From an uncultured Actinomycetes bacterium (lineage in GTDB: Bacteria; Actinomycetota; Thermoleophilia; UBA2241): DNA of 64,000 bases. Below the pieces are notes generated by a model, which was not told the DNA's origin, made no database searches, and was given only the letters and a program-made list of their open reading frames with translations. This document shows, one piece after another, positions 20,044 through 31,873 of the stretch (within the stretch, counting starts at the first letter, position 1; the number at the start of each line of letters is the position of its first letter). The stretch spans positions 109,089 to 173,088 of the forward strand of contig CAVYCN010000012.1 in assembly GCA_963767005.1 (NCBI GenBank), given 5' to 3'. Position numbers and translations under genes: made by a program.

Positions 20044-20913
20044 TCACGGGCTCGCCGACGCCGCCGGTGAGCTCGGCGCCGAGCCGCCGGCCAGCGGCAG
20101 CGCCGCGAACGCCGGCGGCGCGGGCAGCTTGGCGCCGGCCGGCCCGTCCACGAGGTAGGGCAGGACCTTGGCGAGCTGCTGCGTCGACAGGATCTGGCCC
20201 CACGCCGGCATCAGCACCTCGCCGACCTTGCCGGGCGGCGGGATCGAGCCGTCGAGAATCGTCGCCCGCATGTCGGCGAGCGTCACGTCGTCGGCCGGGT
20301 TGCGCAGCAGCGGCACGGCCTTGTCGGGGCTGAGCGGGTTGGGCGCCGGCTTGGGCGTCGCGTTCGCGCCGACCTGGCCGTGGCAGGTGACGCAGCCGAA
20401 CGCCGTGTAGATGTCGCTCGCCGTCGCCGGGTTGGCGTCGTAGGAGGCGCCGGCGACCTGCGGGAAGCCGGCCAGGACGTAGGCCGCGATCGCGCTCGCC
20501 TGGGCGTCGTTCACCACGCCCTTCCAGGACGGCATGTTGATGACGCCCGGCTTCTTGCTCAGGATGCTGCCCTGCAGCATGACCTGCGTGATCTGGGCGG
20601 CGCTGCGGAACTGCTCGCTCGGATCGCGGTAGGTGTTGTTCAGTGCGGGGATGGTGTCGTCGCCGCCGACGTTCAGCCGGTTCGGCACGCCGCCCACCCC
20701 GTTCGGGCCGTGACAGCGGATGCAGGCAAAGGCCACGTACAGGGCGGCGCCGTCCTTCACCTGCTGGCTGACAGCCGCGGTGGTGCTCCCGCCGCTGGTC
20801 ACCGGCGAGCCGCTCGAGGGCGCCTCGGGGGTGGCCAGGCTGGCGCAGCCGGCCGCGATCACGAGGGCCGCCACGAGGGCCGGCAACCCCAGCGCCAGGA
20901 TGGTGCGTCTCAT
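20044..20913 (-). CDS. Dihaem c-type cytochrome (lipoprotein)
   Basis: CIRCH and CVTCH, each followed by MPxW; lipobox AAGC. Confidence 0.9.
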   Translation of the reverse strand: MRRTILALGLPALVAALVIAAGCASLATPEAPSSGSPVTSGGSTTAAVSQQVKDGAALYVAFACIRCHGPNGVGGVPNRLNVGGDDTIPALNNTYRDPSEQFRSAAQITQVMLQGSILSKKPGVINMPSWKGVVNDAQASAIAAYVLAGFPQVAGASYDANPATASDIYTAFGCVTCHGQVGANATPKPAPNPLSPDKAVPLLRNPADDVTLADMRATILDGSIPPPGKVGEVLMPAWGQILSTQQLAKVLPYLVDGPAGAKLPAPPAFAALPLAGGSAPSSPAASASP

Positions 20914-20933
20914 GGGCCTCCCTTTCGGACTGG

Positions 20934-21377
20934 TCACGACACCGCCCCCCAGATCGTGAGCACGACCGTCGCGACGATGATCACGAGCGCGATGGTCGTC
21001 GTCACGGGCTTCTTCAGCGGGTTACGCACCGGGCTGCGGTCGACGAACGGCAGGACGACGAGCAGCACGACGATCACGGCGGGCACGATCAGGCCGATCT
21101 TCTCGGGGACCACCTTGAGGAGCTGGAACAGGCTCAGGTAGTACCAGTCGGGCTTCGTGTTGGCAGGCGTCACGAGCGCGTTGGCGCGCTGGCCGAGCGG
21201 CGCCGGCCAGAGCAGCGCCAGGCCGCCGATCACGGCGAGGAACAAGAAGAGGATCATCACCTGCGAGGTGAACTCCTGCCAGAAGTACGGGATGAACTTC
21301 TCGCCCGGCGAGTGCTCGCGCTCCCAGTAGTAGCGCGACGTGTGCTCCTGGCGGGGCCTGTCGACGATGTCGGCCAT
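20934..21377 (-). CDS. Cytochrome b6f-type subunit IV (C-terminal part of split cytochrome b)
   Basis: TPANTKPDWYYLSLFQLLK and LPFVDR motifs; three TM segments. Confidence 0.88.
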   Translation of the reverse strand: MADIVDRPRQEHTSRYYWEREHSPGEKFIPYFWQEFTSQVMILFLFLAVIGGLALLWPAPLGQRANALVTPANTKPDWYYLSLFQLLKVVPEKIGLIVPAVIVVLLVVLPFVDRSPVRNPLKKPVTTTIALVIIVATVVLTIWGAVS

Positions 21378-21391
21378 CAGGCACGTCCTCC

Positions 21392-22117
21392 CTAGAGCCG
21401 TCCCGAGATGCCGTGCCGGCGGATCATCCAGAAGTGCGCCCCCAGGAACACGACGATGATGACGGGCAGGACCAGCACGTGCAGGTCGAAGAAGCGGCCC
21501 AGCGTCGCGCCGGTCACGTTCTCGCCGCCGCGCAGGGTGACGAGCAGGAAGTGGCCGATAAGCGGTGTGGAGCCGGCGATGTCGGTGCCCACCCGGGTCG
21601 CCCAGTAAGCCTTCTGGTCCCAGGGCAGCAGATAGCCGGTGAAGCCGAAGCCCATGGTCACGAGCAGCAGCACGACGCCGCTCAGCCAGTTGAGCTCGCG
21701 CGGCCGCTTGTAGGCGCCCGTGAAGAAGACCCGCAGCATGTGCACGAGGACGAGGACGACCATGGCGGTCGCCGCCCAGCGATGGATGGAGCGCACCCAC
21801 CAGCCAAACGACACGCCCGTCGAGATGTTCACGACGCTCTGGTAGGCCGCGTCGGGGGTGGGCTGGTAGTAGACGACCAGCATGATGCCGGTCACCGCCA
21901 GGATCAGGAAGAGGATGAAGGCGATGCCGCCGAAGCAGTAGATGTAGTTGGTGGCGTGGATCGGCACGATGCGGTTGAACTGGTCCTCCATGAGCTCCTC
22001 GAGGCCCAGCCGGTTGGCGATCCAGGCGAGCGGCCCGGGCATGCGGCCGTGAGTCGGCGCGCCGGGGGCCGCCGGCGACGCCCCGGTCTCACCTGGCGTG
22101 ACGCCGGGGGCGCTCAC
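21392..22117 (-). CDS. Cytochrome b6-like subunit
   Basis: YCFGG, RSIHRW, HMLRVF, PRELNW, TGYLLPWDQ and HGISG motifs. Confidence 0.92.
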   Translation of the reverse strand: MSAPGVTPGETGASPAAPGAPTHGRMPGPLAWIANRLGLEELMEDQFNRIVPIHATNYIYCFGGIAFILFLILAVTGIMLVVYYQPTPDAAYQSVVNISTGVSFGWWVRSIHRWAATAMVVLVLVHMLRVFFTGAYKRPRELNWLSGVVLLLVTMGFGFTGYLLPWDQKAYWATRVGTDIAGSTPLIGHFLLVTLRGGENVTGATLGRFFDLHVLVLPVIIVVFLGAHFWMIRRHGISGRL

Positions 22118-22578
22118 GAGAACTGCCCCTTGTACCAGGTCGGGTAGCTCGCCCTGGTGAAGGTGACCTGCCCGACCAGGACCGAGCCGCCGCTCACCTT
22201 GGCGCTGTAGAGCGGCAGCGGCAGAGTGGCGGGACCGTGCACGACGGCGCCGGTCGCCGAGTACTGGCTGCCGTGACACGGACAGCGCAGCCCTGTGCCG
22301 CTGGGCGCCACGACGCAGCCGAGGTGCGTGCAGATGGCCGAGAAGACGGTGATCGTGCCGCCGGCGTTCCTTACGATGACGGGCCGGCCGGCCACGGTGG
22401 CCACCGTGAGCTGCCCGGCCGGGAACGACGACACCGGACCGAGGTTCACGACCTGACCGATCGCCGCCGTGCTGGCGGTCGGCGGCTTCAGGAACCGCAC
22501 GATCGGATAGACGATGCCGCCCACGGCCACGACGCCGATGGCGCCGATCAGCCACTTCAGGAAGCCGCCCCTCGTCAC
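22114..22578 (-). CDS. Rieske 2Fe-2S subunit
   Basis: CTHLGC and CPCHGS motifs; N-terminal Tat-like TM anchor. Confidence 0.93.
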   Translation of the reverse strand: MTRGGFLKWLIGAIGVVAVGGIVYPIVRFLKPPTASTAAIGQVVNLGPVSSFPAGQLTVATVAGRPVIVRNAGGTITVFSAICTHLGCVVAPSGTGLRCPCHGSQYSATGAVVHGPATLPLPLYSAKVSGGSVLVGQVTFTRASYPTWYKGQFS

Positions 22579-22781
22579 GCCCACCCTCCGCGGTCCGCCG
22601 CCGGTACGGCCGCGACGGGCGACCGCACCACGGCGGCCGCGACACGCAGCCGCAGCTTGAATCGCATTTAGTGTGACGGGGCGCCCGCCTGTCAACGTTT
22701 TCCCGCTCTTGAGAGTGACAAGCTCTGCGCCGGCCGGCGGCGCGGGCGCTCGCCGCCGCGCGGGTGCTATCATCGCCGCCG

Positions 22782-23513
22782 ATGATCGCCTGGTCGGCCA
22801 GGAGCCTGACGAGCGGCCGCGCGAGCGCGTCGCGCGACGATCTCGTCATGCCCTCGTTCTCCACCATCAAGGTGCTGCTGGCCGTGGCGTTCTGGCGGGC
22901 CGTCGCCGCCGGCGAGCTGCGCGAGACGCAGCCGTACGCGTTCCAGCCGTGGCAGTCCGTCGGCGGGTCGGGCGTGCTGCGCGGCTTTCGCCACGCCGCC
23001 CGCCTGACCCTGGCCGACTGCCTGCACCTCGCCCTCGCGGTGAGCGACAACGACGCTACCAACATCGTGCTCGCCTTCGTCGGCGCCGAGCGCGTCAACG
23101 CGCTGGCAGCCGAGCTCAGCCTGGACGGCACGACGCTGCGGCGCCGCATGATGGACACGCAGGCGGTGGCGGCCGGGCGCGACAACCTGACCTGCGCGCG
23201 CGACCTCGCCCGCCTGCTCGAGCTGCTCACGACCGGCGACGAGCGGATCGGCGCCGCGGCCTGCGACCGCGTGCTTGCGTCGCTCGCCCTGCAGGAGCAC
23301 CGCGACGGCCTGCCGCGGGGCCTGCCGGCCGGCGTCGCCTACGCCGGCAAGCCAGGCGACGACCTGCCCGCGGGGCGCTACTGTCACGACTGCGGCGTGG
23401 TCACGACGCCGGCCGGCGAGACCCTCGTCATGGCCGTCCTGACCGACGGTGAGGACGGCTACGCCGCCGTCGGGGACGCGGCGCGCCGCCTCTACGACGA
23501 GCTGACTGCCTGA
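22782..23513 (+). CDS. Serine hydrolase, class A beta-lactamase-like fold, no signal peptide
   Basis: STIK, SDN and KPG (for KTG) motifs. Confidence 0.85.
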   Translation: MIAWSARSLTSGRASASRDDLVMPSFSTIKVLLAVAFWRAVAAGELRETQPYAFQPWQSVGGSGVLRGFRHAARLTLADCLHLALAVSDNDATNIVLAFVGAERVNALAAELSLDGTTLRRRMMDTQAVAAGRDNLTCARDLARLLELLTTGDERIGAAACDRVLASLALQEHRDGLPRGLPAGVAYAGKPGDDLPAGRYCHDCGVVTTPAGETLVMAVLTDGEDGYAAVGDAARRLYDELTA

Positions 23514-23593
23514 CGCGACGGCTGCCTGCCGGCAGGCAGCCGGACGGACGGCGTCAGGTCCGCGGGCGAGCGGAGCCGCGCCCGCGCCGGGCG

Positions 23594-24613
23594 CTAACGC
23601 AGACCGACCGGCTCGACCCCGAGGCCGGGCGCGTCGGGCGCCGTCAGCAGGTCGCCGTCCGGCTCGAGGCCGCGGAACGGGTCGACGGCGAGCAGCAAGA
23701 AGCCGTCGAGGTCGACGTAGTCGGCCAGGCAGGCGAGCTGCAGGCCGGCGGCGACGCCCAGGCTCGACTCGATCATGCAGCCGAGCAACACCCGGCTGGC
23801 GCGCTCGCGGCAAGCGGTCATGAGCGCGGCCGCCGCGGCGATGCCGCCGGCTTTGGCGAGCTTCACGACGAAGCCGTCGTAGAGCTCGACGACCTCGTCG
23901 AGCTGGTCGAGGCCGAGCAGGGCCTCGTCGCCGAAGAGCTGCACGGGCGAGCGCTCGAGCAGCCAGGCCTGACCCTCGCGGTCGGCGGCCGGCAGGGGCT
24001 GCTCGACGAGCTCGGTGTTGAAGCGGCCGAGCGTCTCGAGGGCGCGCGCGGCCCGCTCGCGGTCCCAGCCCTCGTTCGCGTCGTAGCGAAAGCGGCGCTG
24101 GGGCAGCTCGCGGGCGAGACGCGCCGCGACGTCGAGGTCGCCGTCGAACCCGAGCTTCACCTTGAGCGCACCGAAGCCGGTGGCGGCGCGCGCCTGCGCC
24201 AGCATCGTCTCGGGGTCGCCGATCGGGATGGTGAGCGAGGTGCGCACGGCGGCGCGCTCGAGCCCCAGCAGACGCCAGACGGGCTCGCCGATCTGCTTGC
24301 CGGCGAGGTCCCACGCGGCGGCCGAGAGGGCGTCGCGCAGCGCGGGAAACCCGGGCTGCGCGGCGCAGAACGCCTCGATCGCCGCCACGCCCTCGACGGT
24401 CTCGAGCGCGGCGGCCAGATCGTCGAGCGCGACCTCGTCGTCGGCGCGTGACTCGCCATAGCGTGCATTGGGCGCGCCCTCACCGTAGCCGATCAGGCCA
24501 CGCTCGTCCGTCATCGTGACGCACAGGTTGGCGAACTCGCTGTGGCTCCAGCGCGAGATGCCGAACGGCGTGCTCGTGGCCAGGTCGAGCGGCAGAAGGG
24601 CGATCTCAGTCAT
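23594..24613 (-). CDS. Dipeptide (L-Ala-D/L-Glu) epimerase, enolase superfamily
   Basis: KVKLG, DANEGW, EQP, DE, VKLAKAGG, GCMIES and DLDG motifs. Confidence 0.88.
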   Translation of the reverse strand: MTEIALLPLDLATSTPFGISRWSHSEFANLCVTMTDERGLIGYGEGAPNARYGESRADDEVALDDLAAALETVEGVAAIEAFCAAQPGFPALRDALSAAAWDLAGKQIGEPVWRLLGLERAAVRTSLTIPIGDPETMLAQARAATGFGALKVKLGFDGDLDVAARLARELPQRRFRYDANEGWDRERAARALETLGRFNTELVEQPLPAADREGQAWLLERSPVQLFGDEALLGLDQLDEVVELYDGFVVKLAKAGGIAAAAALMTACRERASRVLLGCMIESSLGVAAGLQLACLADYVDLDGFLLLAVDPFRGLEPDGDLLTAPDAPGLGVEPVGLR

Positions 24614-24693
24614 GACGGCAGGCATATCAACCGGGGGCGGCGGACGTCAAACGCGCGGCGCGGCCGGCGCCGGCTCGGCTTGCCAAAGCCAGG

Positions 24694-25719
<1,026 letters not shown>

Positions 25720-25720
25720 C

Positions 25721-26844
<1,124 letters not shown>

Positions 26845-26848
<4 letters not shown>

Positions 26849-27906
26849 GCGACCGTCTGCCGCCCGACGAGTACGTGCCGGGGATCGACCCGATCGAGCT
26901 CGAGCCGGCGCTCGGCCTCGAGCCCGAGGCCGAGCTTGCGCTCGACGATCAGAGCCCGGCCCGGACGGCCGTCATGGCCGAGACCGAGATCGCGAGCGGC
27001 GAGGCGGCCGTCGAGTGGCTGCCCGAGGCCGAGATCATCGAGACGCGCGGCACCTGGGCCGAGGTCTGGCGCCGCTTCCGCAAGGACAAGTTCGCGGTGG
27101 TCGGCCTGGTCGTCATCATCCTGCTCATCGTGACGGCGGTCTTCGCTCGCTGGATCGCGCCGCACAGTCCGCTCACCCAGTTCGACAGCGGGCTGTCGGC
27201 CAAGGGTCAGCCGCTCGGCCCGAGCCACCACTTCTGGCTGGGCACCGACCTGCTCGGCCGCGACCTGCTCAGCCGGCTCATCTACGGCGCCCGGGTGAGC
27301 CTCATCATCGGCATCCTGGCCAACGGCTTCGCTCTGCTGCTCGGCGTGATCTTCGGCATCGTGGCGGGCTTCTTCCGCGGCTGGGTCGAGACGCTCGTCA
27401 TGCGCGTCACCGACGTCATGCTGGCCTTCCCGATCTTCCTGCTTGCGATCGCCTTGTCGTCGTCGATCGCCCACCCCGGCATCTGGGTGCTCGTCATCGT
27501 GATCGGCATCGTCTACTGGGCGCCCATGACGCGCGTGATCCACGGTGAGGTGCTGTCGATCCGCGAGAAGGAGTTCATCACCGCGGCGCGCCTCACCGGC
27601 TGCACCAACCGGCGCATCCTCGCCAACCACATCCTGCCGCACCTCGTGGCGCCGATCATCGTCTACACGAGCCTCGGCATCGCCACGACGGTGCTCTTCG
27701 AGGCGTCGCTCAGCTACATCGGCCTGGGCGTGCAGCCGCCGACGCCGTCGTGGGGCCAGATGATCTCCGACGGCCAGCCGTACTACACGAGCGCACCCTG
27801 GCTCGTCGTGTTCCCGGGCCTGTGCATCATGATCACGGTGCTCGCCTTCAACCTGGTCGGCGACGGTCTGCGCGACGCCTTCGACCCACAGCAGCGACGC
27901 CGGTGA
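26845..27906 (+). CDS. oppC: Oligopeptide ABC permease
   Basis: [13 protein letters not shown] and [14 protein letters not shown] motifs. Confidence 0.9.
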
Positions 27907-28014
27907 CGGCGCGACGACACACCCGTGCACACCCGCGGCCGTGGCCGCGACAGGCAGAACGTCCACGTCCGCGGCGGGACGGGCCGCGGGCGCACATCCG
28001 ATCGAGGGGGGCCA

Positions 28015-29766
28015 ATGAGCAGTGACAGTGAGTTCCAGCAAGACAGCATGAGCCGCCTCGTGAGCGAGGCCATGGCCGGGCGCCTCACGCGGCGTCAGCT
28101 GATCACCCGCGCCGCGGTGGCCGGCTTGTCGGTCACGGCCATCGGCCAGGTACTGGCGGCCTGCGGCAGCTCGACGAGCGGCGGCGGCTCGTCGCCGGCG
28201 GCGGGCAGCTCGCCCACCCGGGGCGGCACACTCAATGTCTCCTTCGAGGGTGAGCCCACGGGGCTCGACCCGTCGGTCGCCTGGGAGCTCGAGTCGTGGT
28301 CGATCCTGCACTGCGTCTACAACCAGATGCTCACCTACGTCGCCGGTCCCGGCCCGGCCGTGGTGACGACTGACCTCGCGACCGAGGTGCCGAGCGTCGC
28401 CAACGGCGGCGTCACGAACAACGGCAAGACCTGGACCTTCCACCTGCGCCCGGGCGTCATGTTCCACCCGCCGGTGAGCCGCGAGGTCACGGCCGAAGAC
28501 GTCAAGTGGAGCATGGAGCGCATGCTCAACCCGAAGCTCTCGCCACGCGCGCCGGCCGGCTACATGTACACCTCGATCGTCGGGGTCGACGACCTCGCCG
28601 CCGGCAAGGCGACGCACGCCAAGGGCATCAAGGCGATCGACAAGTACACGGTGCAGATCGACCTCACGCAGCCCGACTACGTGTTCGCCTTCGTCATGGC
28701 CCTGCCGTTCACCGCCGTACTGCCCAAGGAGTGGGTGGCCAAGTTCTCGTACGCCCAGATCGCCCGTCATCCGCTCGGCACCGGCCCCTTCATCTTCGAT
28801 CACTGGACCGCCAACCAGGAGATCGTGATGAAGAAGAACCCCGACTACTTCATCAAGGGGCTGCCGTACGTCGACGAGCTGCACTTCGAGTTCGCGGCGA
28901 GCTCGCAGACCGCTCTCTTGCAGCTCGAGGACGGCAAGATCGACGTGCTGGGCAGCGGCGTTCCGTCGGCGCAGTACGTGCAGACGATGAGCAACCCGAC
29001 CTGGAAGAGCCAGATCACGGCCGCCGACATGGTCGCCTGGTACTACATCTTCATGAACGTCACGGTGAAGCCGTTCGACAACCAGCAGGTGCGCCAGGCG
29101 ATCAACTACGCGGTCGACACGTCCAAGATCGAGAAGCTGCTCTACGGGCAGGCGCGGCCGCTCAACCAGATCTACCCGGCCGGCATGACCGGCCACGTCG
29201 ACAACGCGACGTTCTATTCGTACGACCCCGACAAGGCCAAGAGCCTCCTGTCGCAGGCCGGCTTCCCGAGCGGCTTCTCGGTCACCTTCTATCACCACAA
29301 CGTCGACCCCATGCCGAAGCTCGCCGAGAGCATCCAGAACGATCTGTCGGCGGTCGGCATCAAGGCGTCGCTCAAGCAGCTCGCCGAGTCGCCGTACTGG
29401 GCCCTCATCGAGCACAAGGCCAACAAGGTGCCGATCGGCCTGACCGACTGGTACATGGACTACCCCGACCCGTCCGACTGGTTCGGCCCGTTGTTCAGCA
29501 AGTCGTCGGCCATGACCGACGGCGGCGCCAACGATAGCTGGTGGTGGGACCAGCAGGCCGAGGATCTCTATGCGAAGGCCCAGACCATGCCGATGGGCGA
29601 CGCCCGCACCAAGCTGTTCGAGCAGATCCAGGAGATCGTGATGAAGGGGGCGCCCTGCGTGCCGCTCTACCAGCCGATCTACACGACGATGTCCTCCAAG
29701 ACCACGGGCGGCTTCTACACGAGCGTCGCCTGGACCTTCGAGTTCCCGCACTACTGGAAGACGTGA
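28015..29766 (+). CDS. oppA: Peptide ABC substrate-binding lipoprotein with Tat signal
   Basis: LTRRQLI, lipobox LAAC, WTFHLRPGVMF, GTGPF and VRQAINYAVD motifs. Confidence 0.88.
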   Translation: MSSDSEFQQDSMSRLVSEAMAGRLTRRQLITRAAVAGLSVTAIGQVLAACGSSTSGGGSSPAAGSSPTRGGTLNVSFEGEPTGLDPSVAWELESWSILHCVYNQMLTYVAGPGPAVVTTDLATEVPSVANGGVTNNGKTWTFHLRPGVMFHPPVSREVTAEDVKWSMERMLNPKLSPRAPAGYMYTSIVGVDDLAAGKATHAKGIKAIDKYTVQIDLTQPDYVFAFVMALPFTAVLPKEWVAKFSYAQIARHPLGTGPFIFDHWTANQEIVMKKNPDYFIKGLPYVDELHFEFAASSQTALLQLEDGKIDVLGSGVPSAQYVQTMSNPTWKSQITAADMVAWYYIFMNVTVKPFDNQQVRQAINYAVDTSKIEKLLYGQARPLNQIYPAGMTGHVDNATFYSYDPDKAKSLLSQAGFPSGFSVTFYHHNVDPMPKLAESIQNDLSAVGIKASLKQLAESPYWALIEHKANKVPIGLTDWYMDYPDPSDWFGPLFSKSSAMTDGGANDSWWWDQQAEDLYAKAQTMPMGDARTKLFEQIQEIVMKGAPCVPLYQPIYTTMSSKTTGGFYTSVAWTFEFPHYWKT

Positions 29767-29867
29767 CGACGACGGCGCCACAAGCAGGCGTGCAGGCCGC
29801 GCGCGGCGGCGCGGCGGGCGATGCCCGCCGCGCCGCCGCGCCCCCACAGCGAGCGGAGGCCTAGGGC

Positions 29868-30800
29868 ATGGGCAAGTACATCGTGCGGCGGCTCCTGTGG
29901 GCGATCGTCGTCGTGCTCTGCGTGAGCGCGATCACGTTCTTCATCACCTACGTGATCCCGGCCGACCCGGCCAAGCAGATCGCCGGGCCGCACGCCACGC
30001 CGCAGGTGCTCGCCACGATCCGCCACCAGCTCGGCCTCGACAAGCCGGTGTACTACCAGTACGGCCTTTACCTCTGGCACCTCGCGCACGGCAACCTGGG
30101 CTACTCGTACATCAACCAGCTGCCGGTCACGCAGTCGATCATGGAGCGGTTCCCGGCGACCGTCATGATCGCCGTCTTCGGGATCCTCTTCGAGCTGCTG
30201 ATCGGCATCCCGGTCGGCATGATCAGCGCACTGCGTCAGTACCGGGCCGAGGACCGCGCGGCGACCATCTTCAGCCTGGTCTTCGTATCGATGCCGTCGT
30301 TCTTCCTGGGCATGCTGCTGCTCTACTTCCTGGCGTTTCGCGTCAACATCTTCCCGAACATGGGGGCCTATCCGGGCGCCCTGCACCCCGCCTACTTCAT
30401 CCTGCCGGGCCTCACGCTCGGCCTCACCGGCGCCGCCTGGTACTCGCGCATGCTGCGCTCCAAGATGCTCGACATCCTGAACGCCGAGTACGTCAAGGCG
30501 GCGCGTGCCAAGGGCTTGCCGGAGCGCGTCGTCGTCTGGCGCCACATCATGCGCAACGCCTGGTCGCCGATCATCACCCTGCTCGGCATGGACATCGGCT
30601 GGTTCCTGGGCGGTGTCGTGATCGTCGAGATCGTGTTCGGCGTGCCGGGCATCGGCTGGCAGGCCTGGCAGGCGATCCAGAACCTCGACCACCCGGTGAT
30701 CATGGGAACGGTCCAGTTCGCCGCCCTGCTCGTGGTGCTGGCCAACCTGGTGACCGACATCGCCTACACCTGGCTCGACCCGCGGGTGAAGTACAGCTGA
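29868..30800 (+). CDS. oppB: Oligopeptide ABC permease
   Basis: LGLDKP, YVKAARAKGL, EIVFGVPGIG and LDPRV motifs. Confidence 0.9.
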   Translation: MGKYIVRRLLWAIVVVLCVSAITFFITYVIPADPAKQIAGPHATPQVLATIRHQLGLDKPVYYQYGLYLWHLAHGNLGYSYINQLPVTQSIMERFPATVMIAVFGILFELLIGIPVGMISALRQYRAEDRAATIFSLVFVSMPSFFLGMLLLYFLAFRVNIFPNMGAYPGALHPAYFILPGLTLGLTGAAWYSRMLRSKMLDILNAEYVKAARAKGLPERVVVWRHIMRNAWSPIITLLGMDIGWFLGGVVIVEIVFGVPGIGWQAWQAIQNLDHPVIMGTVQFAALLVVLANLVTDIAYTWLDPRVKYS

Positions 30801-30811
30801 TGCTGTTGCCC

Positions 30812-30858
30812 GAAAAGGGCCGCGGCCGCGCCTCGTGGGCGCGGCCGCGGCCCTTTTC
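30812..30858. terminator. Bidirectional intrinsic terminator
   Basis: GAAAAGGGCCGCGGCCGCGCC-TCGTG-GGCGCGGCCGCGGCCCTTTTC, between convergent genes. Confidence 0.9.
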
Positions 30859-30945
30859 TCGTCGAACCCCGACCTCTTGCGGCGCGCCTGGGCCGGTGAT
30901 CGAATTCGTCGTCACCGCTCAGGCATGCTTGACTTCGTGGGCCGC

Positions 30946-31524
30946 CTAGTACTCCGCCGGGATCTGGAAGAACATGACGACGGCTTGGCGCGCGTCGTCG
31001 GGGTTGCGCCACGAATGGGGCTCGCTCGGCGCGTAGGCGATGGTGTCGCCCTCCCCGAGGACCGTGACGTGATCGCCCAGACGCACCTCGAGCCGGCCGG
31101 CGATCACCGTCGCCATGACGAGCTCGCCGGGGTGCGACCAGTGCTCGTGACCCGGCGAGCCGCCCGGCTCGATGCGCGTCTCGATGATCTGCGCCCGGCG
31201 CTCCGTGCGCGGCGACAGCACGTAGTTGACCACGCCCTCGCCGCCGAAGTACGTGCCGCGCACGTCGGCACGGCGCACGACGCTACTGCCCTCACGCCCG
31301 ACGAGCTCGAACAGCGACGCCATCGAGATGCCGAGGGCGTCGCAGATGCGGTAGAGCGAGCCGATCGAGGGCGCGGTCTCGCCGCGCTCGACCGCGCTCA
31401 CGAACGAGCGCGTCACGCCGGCGGCCGACGCGACCGCCTCGAGCGTGCGGTGACTGCGCTGCCGCGCCTCACGCAGGTGGCGTCCCACGATGCGCACCGG
31501 CCATTGGTCTTCCTTCTCGTCCAT
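30946..31524 (-). CDS. XRE-HTH + cupin transcriptional regulator
   Basis: TLEAVA...SAVERGETAPSI HTH; C-terminal cupin (HPGE...PH); start MDEKED. Confidence 0.9.
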   Translation of the reverse strand: MDEKEDQWPVRIVGRHLREARQRSHRTLEAVASAAGVTRSFVSAVERGETAPSIGSLYRICDALGISMASLFELVGREGSSVVRRADVRGTYFGGEGVVNYVLSPRTERRAQIIETRIEPGGSPGHEHWSHPGELVMATVIAGRLEVRLGDHVTVLGEGDTIAYAPSEPHSWRNPDDARQAVVMFFQIPAEY

Positions 31525-31873
31525 GTCGCGAATGTATGCTCGCCGGGCGCGGCGGTCAAAGCGGCGGGCGGCGCTCACGCGTCCCCGCCACCCGAGAACC
31601 CGAGAGCCAGCAACGGCGGCTCGTAGACGACGAGGGCCACGAAGGCGCCCGTGAGCAGGACCGTCGTGGGCAGGACGATGCTGCGGCACCGGGCCAGCCA
31701 GAGGACGAGGAGCGCCACGGTCACGATGCCCAGCTTGCAGGTGACCGTCTCGGCCGAACCGGCCTTGAAGAACGGGCCCGTAAGGCCCGCTCAGGACTCG
31801 ACGTGCAGCGCGGCGCACGACCTGCCGATGACGTGTCGCAGAAGAGCCGGCCGTTCTCCCTCGAAGGGGCGCC

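Noticed and set aside
22782-23513. Beta-lactam resistance gene
   Set aside because: No signal peptide, KPG instead of KTG, and a peptide-catabolism context.
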